A stretch of DNA of 64,000 nucleotides from Octopus vulgaris (Eukaryota): NCBI GenBank assembly GCA_951406725.2, contig OX597831.1, positions 32,116,001 to 32,180,000 on the forward strand. Reading direction: 5' to 3'. Positions 54,760-64,000 of the stretch are shown here, one piece after another. A model generated the notes under the pieces. That model had not been told where the DNA came from. It did no database searches and was given only the letters and a program-made list of their open reading frames with translations. Both the position numbers and the translations under genes were made by a program. Position 1 is the first letter of the stretch. Every line of letters starts with the position of its first letter.

Positions 54760-55952
54760 CTAGTAAAAAAAAAAAAAGCAACAATAAACACAGACCAATT
54801 AAGCAAATTAGTCAAGTTAATTAATTAAATGAGACAATGATGACCTTAGTTTAGTTTGACCAGTCCAGCCAAGCCAAGTGTGACAATGTTCTTGTCACCG
54901 TCGTTGTTGACACCACCGTCGTCTTTGTCCTCGTTCTCACCATTGTTGTTGTTGTTGTTGTTGTTGTTTGTATCGCTTATCTGATATTTTCCTCTTCATT
55001 TCATTTTTTATTGATCTCTCCCTCCCTCTCTCTCTCTCTCACTCACTCTCTCTTGTTTACAGTGAAGCTTAGGCACTATGAAAGAAAATGGAACACCTAT
55101 GTGGTGGACAGACCCCACCCCCCAAACACTTTCTCCACTTATCCCATACCAACATCAAAAGATGCACATGATGATGGTGATGATGATAATAGTGCTGATG
55201 ATGATGGATATGATGGTACAGCTGCTGCTGATGGTGGTGATGATGGTGATGATGGTGATGATGGATATGATGGTGGTGGTGGTGGTGATGATATTGATGG
55301 CATATGAATATGCTTATGCTTGTTTGCAGATTTTCAAGTACACACCCACACATACATTTACATAAACTGGGCGATTGATTAACAGAGCTGTCCGGGGGGG
55401 GGGGGGTTTCAAATAAAATGTGTTATGATATTTGTTTCTCCAAAATAAACTTTACTTTTCACCTTTTGGAGTGTTGATAAAAAAACAAAAAAAACACCAG
55501 CTGAGTGATGGGACAGCCCTCTTTCTCTCTCTCTAGCTGTCACATGCTGGATGGATGTTCCACTTAGCAAATGATAGAAGGGTCTAGAAGGCACTCTGTG
55601 TCTACTGCTAAATGGGCACCAAACACAATTACTGAAAGAATGCTAAATACTGCTGAGTCATCCATGACTGCAAGTCGTGGCCATTGTTTAAGTGAGTGTG
55701 TGGGTATTTATTTAATTATTTATCTATTATCAGCTGTTTGTAGATGAAACACTAAAATCTTCATGTCATAATTTTTCCCGTGCAAAATCATTTGAACTAT
55801 TGCAAGGGCTCAATGAACAGTTATTTTTTTTTATTATTTCAGAGATTTCTTTCTCCTTGATGGCTTGTCTTCACTATGACTGGTGAGCATCATCCCTGCA
55901 AGTCTATACTGAATGGTTGTTGATTCTCCTGAGTTCCCCACCCCTTTGATGA

Positions 55953-56192
55953 GTTAAGTTAAGTTAAGTTAATTTTTTGGCTCAAAAAGCAAAAAGCAAG
56001 GCCATGTAGGGGGACATGGAGTTATGTACAGGGAGGGTATTAATGCAAAGAGTTCAGGCCATTTCTGGTCAAGAGAGACTTTGAACCGAGCGGTCATCGG
56101 CATCTTCACTATCTCGTCCGGCAGCTTATTCCACAGATCCGCAACCCGGACAGAGAAAGCCCCTCTCCTTCGATTGAGATGAAATCGTTGCA
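55953..56192 (-). mobile_element. CR1-like LINE 3' end (different family)
   Basis: Manual translation RFHLNRRRGAFSVRVADLWNKLPDEIV...FKVSLD, followed by a 3' UTR and a (TTAAC)n tail. Confidence 0.8.
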
Positions 56193-57819
56193 GGGCTTTT
56201 CATCCCACAGGGTATCCAAAGATCAGCCTCCTCATCAAACAAGCTTGGCAGAGAAGCCAGCTCAGTTACCAAGAACCTGACTGTGTAACAGGTTGAACTG
56301 GGTTAGATGTTACCAGGAGCAGAACAACAACCTGACGAGTGTGTGGTCATCTGTGTATCATATTGTAAAATAAATAAATAAATAAATTTACTGTGGTATA
56401 AGCCCAGATAACATCTCTTGTGAATGTGCTGTGTTGTTTAAAACAACAAATTATTTTGGTAGCAGATGGAAACTATCCAACAGTAGCAGTGAGTATTCAA
56501 GATATGCATTTCTACATTTTTGCACTTTGTCAGTAACGTGTATCAACTGCCATCTGGCACCTGTGCAGGTGGCACGTAAAAAGCACCCACTACACTCACG
56601 GAGTGGTTGGCATTAGGAAGGGCATCCAGCTGTAGAAACATTGCCAGATCAGACTGGGCCTGGTGCAGCCTACTGGCTTCCCAGACCCCAGTTGAACCGT
56701 CCAACCCATGCTAGCATGGAAAACGGACGTTAAACGATGATGAAGATGATGATGATATATATATATAGATGCAGGTGTCTGTTAGTTCAGGATTGGGTAA
56801 AAATGCAGTGCATTCAACCACACACATTGGGTAATGTTTCACATGGAATCATTTACATGTAAAGTGATTAAAAACAATGTGGTACAGAAACAATTGTAAG
56901 GAATATTAACCTTTTGCTAAATTCATTCTTTATCTTCTTCCTTATCTCACACACACACACCACCACCTCCTCCTCCTCCTCTACTTCCTCTTCCTTTGTG
57001 CAGAAGATTAAAGGGAATGAAACAGAGTATCAACTACATAAGAATGTGTAGTGCTAGAAATGACAACAAGTTGATTGATAAACCAGAGAAGGTCAAGTGT
57101 GGCAGTTCATGTTATCAACGTTTGGGGGCATCAGACATAATAGAATATGCATTGGGTTGGTGCAGTGGCAGACCACAATATTGTAGTCCAATGAGAAGCT
57201 TCTAATCCAAGAAATAAGAGAGGAGTGTTTAGAGAATGAGGGAAAAGATCCTGGCTACACTGACCATAGCTAAGTCATATATAGGAGCATATACTTCCTA
57301 ACTCTGTTGTCATAGCTATGGTCAAGATGGCCATTGTCATGTAGCAAGGGTGTAATATACTGAGGTGCTTCTTAGCTTTGTTGGTCACAGCTAGGAGGTA
57401 CCAGAAATGGTGTAAGATTCTGTTGTTGTTGAGTGAAACGATCATTGGTTTTGCAAAAGTCCACAAGAGAAAAGAATCACTTGAAAGCAATGTATGATGG
57501 GTAGACTGATAGATCTGGCCTAACAGATGCCACGTTGGGGGTTGGTTCAGAAACAGAGGTAGGAGGGGAAAAAATGAAGAGGATAAAAATGATGGTTGCT
57601 TTAAAGTGATTTCATTGACTTGAGTGCCATAAGTCAGTTGCTGGCAGTGTCAGAGAGACAGGTGCATCATCATGGAGAGCAAACATCACTACTCCTGTAT
57701 GACTGTCACTCTCCCTCTTTTGGTAGGCATGTCAGATATGGACTCTCCTTGCAGAGGTACAGATAAAGATAGAGGCAGAGGATAGGAGATGCTATCACAA
57801 CGTTTTAGATATTTTGTCA

Positions 57820-58090
57820 TTGGATCACATCACGAGTGGATTTGTGAAACCATCCAGCATCTCCTTGGCCTCTATGGAGATCTTCTCACAATGAAAAAGA
57901 AAAGGAAATAGAGATGGTATGGCCATGTAACTAGATCCTTGCAAAGACCATTCTTTAAGGAACTGTGGAGGGGAAAAGAAGGAGAGGTAGACGGAGGTAA
58001 GGATGGATGGACGAAGTCAAAGAATGGACACAGATAAGGAATTAGAAGAGATCTGGGTTCTGGTACATAACCACAATGGATGAAGATTCT
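57820..58090 (+). mobile_element. RTE-clade LINE 3' remnant
   Basis: Broken frame RWYGHVTRS..KTIL*GTVEGKRRRGRRR*GWMDEVKEWT, typical of the RTE ORF2 C-terminus. Confidence 0.75.
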
Positions 58091-58344
58091 CTGTACGTGA
58101 AGGTACAAAACAAATACAAGGGGGAGAGAGAGAGAGAGTGAAAGAGAGAGAATAAGGATAGAGAGACGAAAAAGGTAGGTGGGTAGGCAAGCGTGTTGGA
58201 GTGTAAGAGATGACTAGAGATGGGAATTGAAGGAGATACAGTGAATATCAGTTGCTATGAGGAGGAGGGGGAGGAGAGAGAGAGAAAGAGAGAAAAGAAG
58301 AGCGAGTGTGTGTTTGTGAAGAATTTGGTAAAGCAATGTCCTAC

Positions 58345-58604
58345 CTCTCCAGTTCCACCACATGTACCAATTTCACCAACGGAATTTCCTGGCTATTTCC
58401 CTTCACACAATTGAGCAAAATTTCGCCGTGGTTAGTGGTACTGTTCAAATCATCAAGGAGCTCCTTTCGTCCCTGGATATGTTCCCGAATCAACGCTTCA
58501 GTCCCAGTAACGTCATTCGGGATTTCCGTTTCTTCGTATCGGGCAGCGAGTTGGTCTAGTGAGTGCGTGATGTCGCTGACATTTGTTGAAAATTTCTCAC
58601 TTGC
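58345..58604 (-). CDS. MCF2L: DBS-like exon B (post-SEC14 helical/spectrin-like region)
   Basis: Splice sites aatcag|GCA and AG|gtagga; 260 nt, phase 0-2. Encodes ASEKFSTNVSDITHSLDQLAARYEETEIPNDVTGTEALIREH..., resembling DBS AIESF...LAETELPNDV. Confidence 0.93.
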
Positions 58605-59831
58605 CTGATTAAAGAATAACAAGAAAGAAAGAAAAACTAGAATAGACGAGGCTCTCATGGTTATTTTGACAAACTGAGGAATTAGGAATACAATGGAGAG
58701 GAATGGAAGCAGAAAATATATTGAAAATATTGGCTTCAAGGCCAGCAATTTTGGAGGAGAAGCTAAGCTGATTATATTGACCCCAGTGCACAACTGGTAC
58801 TTATCTTATTAACCCTGAAAGGAAGACAGGTGAAGTTGACCTTAGTGGAATTTGAACTCAGAACAGAAAGATGGACAAAATGCCACTAAGCCTGGTGGTG
58901 CTAACAATTCTGCCAGTTCACCATCCTAAATATATATTTAAAATATTGAGGAGTAAATTTAATTTTTGTGGTTGCTGTAGAGAAATTTCAATGGATTGTT
59001 ATTAGATTTTTGAATAAAAAGGGGTAAATTAAGTTTATAATTAGAAAGATGTAATTGAGGGTTATAATTAAAAGGGGTCAGTTTAAGTTTGTAAGTACTT
59101 AGACTTAGGTCTTCCATGAAACCCAAGACCCATAAGGCTGGAGCTTAACTAGATTTTCAATGTGCTGAGGTGATTCAAATTACAACAATCCCTCCTGTAA
59201 GGAACACCAGTCCATTGTAGGGTTAACTTCCCAGCTACTAATGGAACTCACAGCTGAGTGGATTGGAGTAATATGAAACAAATTGTTTTGCTCAAGAACA
59301 CAAGGCACTGCCCTGTCCAGGAGTGGAAGGAAATATGGTTGTTATGTTGAATAATCAAGGATGATGATAAAGAAGATCCTTCACTGGTTCTTTTAACTGT
59401 ATTAATAACATTTCTGGGAAAGGTATGTACATCTCAACTTCCACATATTTTATTTGTGATTATGTTAGATTCATTATTTTACTGCTTCATGGCATTTTTT
59501 GCAGCTCTTTATGTTCTGAGTTCAAATCCCACCAAAGTCAAGAGTTGAGAAAATGAAAGTACCAGTCAAGAACTGAGACAGATGTAACTGACCTGCCCCT
59601 CCCATCAAAATACTGGCATGGTGTACCAAAATTAGAAAGCAGTATTCCACTACCAGTCAGTAAATGAAATGAGTGCATGTATGACATGTCAGAATAAAGG
59701 AGCTGACTCCCTGTCCTAAGTCTTAGTATTATACATAATCTTTGTAGGTATTAGTGACGTGTAGATGGAAGTGGGAGACTTGCTTAAGGCTTTACTCTTA
59801 CATAAGGTATCACAATAAGACAGTTACTTAC

Positions 59832-59948
59832 TGCTCTTTGCTCGATCCATTCCTTGTGGTCGTATTCAATTTCTCCACCCAAGTCTTTAGTGAGTTGGCT
59901 AGGATCAATATGTTCATGTAACTCTTCTTGGTTATTGCACATAACAAC
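59832..59948 (-). CDS. MCF2L: DBS/MCF2L-like RhoGEF exon A (end of SEC14/CRAL-TRIO domain)
   Basis: Splice sites ctgcag|GTT and GCA|gtaagt; 117 nt, phase 0-0. Encodes VVMCNNQEELHEHIDPSQLTKDLGGEIEYDHKEWIEQRA, which matches the recalled DBS motif LHGYIDKSQLTEDLGGTLDYCHSRW. Confidence 0.93.
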
Positions 59949-59983
59949 CTGCAGATATAAATAGAAACATATGTGTACATATA

Positions 59984-60032
<49 letters not shown>

Positions 60033-60219
60033 CATACAGAGTTACTGCACATAAATACTCTGTGACATAAATATAGAGAGTAACATATACATCACCGATA
60101 ATCACACTGCTTTATACCTGGAGTGCATGTCTCAACACATCTCCATCAGAAAATTACTATTTTTTAATCTCACAACAAGAGATATTCAGCAACAATACTT
60201 TGGAGTAAAGATTGTTAGT

Positions 60220-60411
60220 CAACGTAACATGATAGTCCTGGTTTAGGATGAATGTTGCTGTAATTTAGTCACAGGAGACATCATCTCCAGCTGGTTATAT
60301 GACACAGATTACAGGGACACAGATCATGTCATATAGCCAGCTGGAGATGATGTCGCCTGGGGCTAAATTACAGCAACATTCGTCCTAAACCAGGACTGCC
60401 ATGTTATGTTG
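60220..60411. repeat. Fold-back palindrome, ~85-bp arms
   Basis: AGTCCTGGTTTAGGATGAATGTTGCTGTAATTTAG.. versus ..CTAAATTACAGCAACATTCGTCCTAAACCAGGACT. Confidence 0.9.
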
Positions 60412-61032
60412 GCAAACAATCTTTACACCTCCATCACTTTCTCTTTCCCTTTCTCTCCTTTCTTTTCCGACTGGGGTATTCTTGTATCACCTCTACTGCA
60501 AGACACCTATCTCTTTTCTTCTGTTATACTTCTGTCAACTGACACAAGGCCCCCTCCTGCAATATCACTCCCCACTCTCATTTGAGGGATCTTTGTCTTG
60601 CAAGTTACTTGGTGATCCTGCTGGTGACAGATATAAAGCACCCAGCACACTCTGTGAAGTGGTTGGCATTAGGAAGGGCACCCAGACACAGAAACCGTCC
60701 CAAAACAGACAATAGTGCTTGGCACAGTCTTCTGGTAGGCCAACTCCGGTAAATACCATCCAACCCATGCCAGCATGGAAAACAGCTGTTAAATGATGAT
60801 GATGATGACAATAATGTTGATGATAATATACAGTTACTGCATGTAACACACTGGTGACATGATGTAGAACATCATGTACATACTTACACAACACACATAT
60901 AAGTATGTGTAGATATATAATTAATGCACATAATAACCTGGTGACACATAGAAAGGACTATGTAAATATATATGCATAAACACATGCAGTTATTGTTGCA
61001 TAGCAACTGGTGACATATGCAGAGAACCAAGC

Positions 61033-61116
<84 letters not shown>

Positions 61117-61944
61117 TATATATATATTATAATGGGGGAGGATGGTTTAGGGGGTTACTCTGGGTTTTCCGCACATAAAAGGTTTGGCCTTATGGCATAT
61201 CATCAAACCCCAAACCTGTTGGCCTAAGACCTATTCAAAATATGAACAGGGAAATGCTGAAACCCAGGGTGACCCCATAAACCAGCCTCCCTCATTATAA
61301 TATTAACTGCTCTATATCTTAGAGTGTGCTTCCCCTCCAGATTTATATTTTTCTACAAATGATCCTATATGGCGGTGCCCCAGCATGGCCACAGCTCGTG
61401 AGCTGCTGAAATAAAAAAATAAAATAAATATATATATATATATATTTATATATATACTGCCTGACTGGCACATAAAAAAAACACCATTTGAGTATTGCCG
61501 ATGGCACATTAAAAGCACCATTCGAGTGTGGTTGTTGCTAGTGCAACCCCAGTGGCCTGTAAAAAGCACTATTCAAGCATGGTTGATACCTGTACCACCT
61601 GACTGACCCTCATGCCAGTGGCACATAAAATGCACCCACTACACTGTCGGAGTGGTTGGCGTTAGGAAGGGCGTTCAGCTGTAGAAACATTGCCAGATCG
61701 GATTGGAGCTTGGTGCAGCCATCTGGTTCGCCTGTTCTCAGTCAAACCGTCCAACCCTTGCCAGCATGAAAACCAGACATTAAACAACGATGACGATGAT
61801 ATATATATATGTATGTATGTATGTATATACACACATGAATCGTAACACAATGAGTTCCATCAGAAGCAGCAATGGACTGATAACGTGTTCAGAGAGGAGA
61901 TACTTGTGCTCTTTCAGTTACCTCAGAGACCCCCTAAATAAGAT

Positions 61945-62419
61945 TTAACCCTTTCGTTACCAACCCGGCCAAAACCAGCTCTGGCTCTGTAATACAAATG
62001 TCTTGTTTTCATAAGTTCTGAATTAAAAATCTTCCACCAAACTGTAGTCACAATTTATGTTCCTAACACTAGCTTAATGATAACTAAGTTATTTTACTAA
62101 ATTCTTTGTTATGTTTAAAGTAATTGAAAGAAACACTGAGCATCTCAACAGAAATATGATAACAAAAGGGTTAAAGTCACCATGATATTTTTAACCCTTT
62201 TGATACCAATTTGTCTGAAACTGCCTCTGGCTCTGTAGTACAAATGTCTTGTTTTCAAAAGTTTCGAATTAAAATCTTCCACCAAACCTGAGTCACAATT
62301 TATGTTCCTAACACTAGCTTAATGATAACTAAGTTATTTTACTAAATTCTTTGTTATATTTAAAGTAATTGAAAGAAACACTGAGCATCTCAACAGAAAT
62401 ACAGTAACGAAAGGGTTAA
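61945..62419 (-). mobile_element. Tandem pair of piggyBac-like MITE family 1
   Basis: Two complete TTAA-bounded copies (61945-62174 and 62191-62419), 16 bp apart. Confidence 0.8.
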
Positions 62420-63294
62420 TATCATGAGCATGGAGGGTTGAAAAGCAGAGGTTTTTAGGTGGTGTCTATCTTCTCCACACTGGTCCAGTGATCTGACACT
62501 ACAAAGTACCATGCAGCAGGACTGAACCTGAAACTTCATTGTTGCAAGGCGGGGTTCTTAACCATACACCCATGCCTGTATGCTTCCGTGTGTGTGTGTA
62601 TGTGTGTGTGAGGGTGTATATATAGGTATGCATGTATATAAAATTTGATGTTTGGTGGTGTCATCACATTTGATATAAATCAATAGAAATAAGAGGAAGC
62701 TGTATGCTGTTACAGTCAACTTCCAATCATCTTCCCTGCTTCCCCCATCATGCCGTATCCAACAGATAACTCATGGAATTTTTGACAGTCACATCTAATG
62801 CCTAGAAATATGTTCAAATATATTCACACACACACACACACACAAAGAGCAGTCAATTAAATTCCAAGCGTCTGTATAATATGTGTTTTCAGGGTAGTAA
62901 CAGTGAAGATATTTTATCAATGTTACAACAGCAACACCAATATTGAACACAATAACAACAACAACAACAACAAAGTCAGTCATGACACAGCTAATGATGA
63001 CACTAATTGCATCAAAATAGTGCTTGTCCCCTGGCAAATGTATACCTCTTCTCTCTCTCTCTCTCTCTCTCTGGGTATATCACACGCAAACAAATATCTC
63101 TCACTTTATTACACACACATACACATAATATATATGTGCATACATAATATCAATAATACAATATATACACATAAATAATACATATAATGTATTTATAAAT
63201 AATATATGTAAATATATATATACATATAGGTTTGGTGATGCAAACGGGAGGAGGGAAGGACTCAAAACATGAGTGTGTGTATATATATGCTTTT

Positions 63295-63670
63295 ATTTGT
63301 TTCAGTCATTTGACTGCAGCCATGCTGGAGCACTGCCTTTAGTTGAACAAATTGACCCTAGGACTTACTCTTTGTAAGCCTAGTACGTATTCTATCTGTC
63401 ACTTTAGCCGAACCGCTAAGTTATAGGGACATTAAACACACCAATATCAGTTGTCAAGTGATGGTGGGGGTACAAACACAGAAACACAAACATACACACA
63501 CACATATATGACAGGCTTCTTTCAGTTTCCGTCTACCAAATCCACTCACAAGGCTTTGGTCGGCCCAAGGCTTTAGCAGAAGACACTTACCCGAGGTGCC
63601 ATGCAGTGGGACTGAACCCAGAACCATCTGGTTGGTAAACAAACTACTTACCACACAGCCACTCCTGCAC
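63295..63670 (-). mobile_element. CORE-like SINE, full length
   Basis: Reverse-complement copy of the 51348 family. Confidence 0.85.
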
Positions 63671-63764
<94 letters not shown>

Positions 63765-64000
63765 CCCCCCTTCGGTCATGAATGACCATGGGATTGCACC
63801 TAGAAAGTTACCCTCCTAGTCACATATATATATATATATATTATATATATTATTAATTTTTAGCAGAAGCAACAGAGTGACTCAAGGGTTGAGAGTTTCA
63901 TGCATTAACACTTATCAAAGTTTGATAAGTGCGAACATACAAAACTTTCGACTCATGAGTCACTGTTGCTTCTGCTAAATATTAATAATAAATGTCTGTG

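Noticed and set aside
55011-55365. Poly-His, poly-Asp and poly-Met ORFs
   Set aside because: They come from a (GAT/GGT)n trinucleotide repeat.

Overview
This is AT-rich eukaryotic genomic DNA with very high microsatellite and SINE density. The SINE families and (TA)n load point to a cephalopod, most likely Octopus (inference from repeat content). The window holds seven phase-consistent minus-strand exons (59948 to 43948) of a Dbl-family Rho GEF gene of the MCF2L/DBS type, covering the SEC14 C-terminus, spectrin repeats and a Ser-rich linker. No DH/PH exon is recognisable in the ~44 kb downstream of them. That downstream stretch contains a candidate 21-nt in-frame microexon with neural-type UGC/CU signals and a candidate internal first exon (METRKIFKRIVTSDTGR). 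The remainder is SINEs, CR1/RTE/R4-type LINE ends, a deleted mariner, piggyBac-, mariner- and Helentron-type non-autonomous elements, and many unrelated fold-back palindromes next to (TA)n. The most unusual signals are minimal hammerhead-ribozyme motifs (one intact U3:A8 variant) and a composite TATA + tRNA-like + hammerhead + inverted-end element. That element shares an identically spaced upstream motif with a second, different tRNA-like tandem unit. All homology calls are from recall and none were searched.
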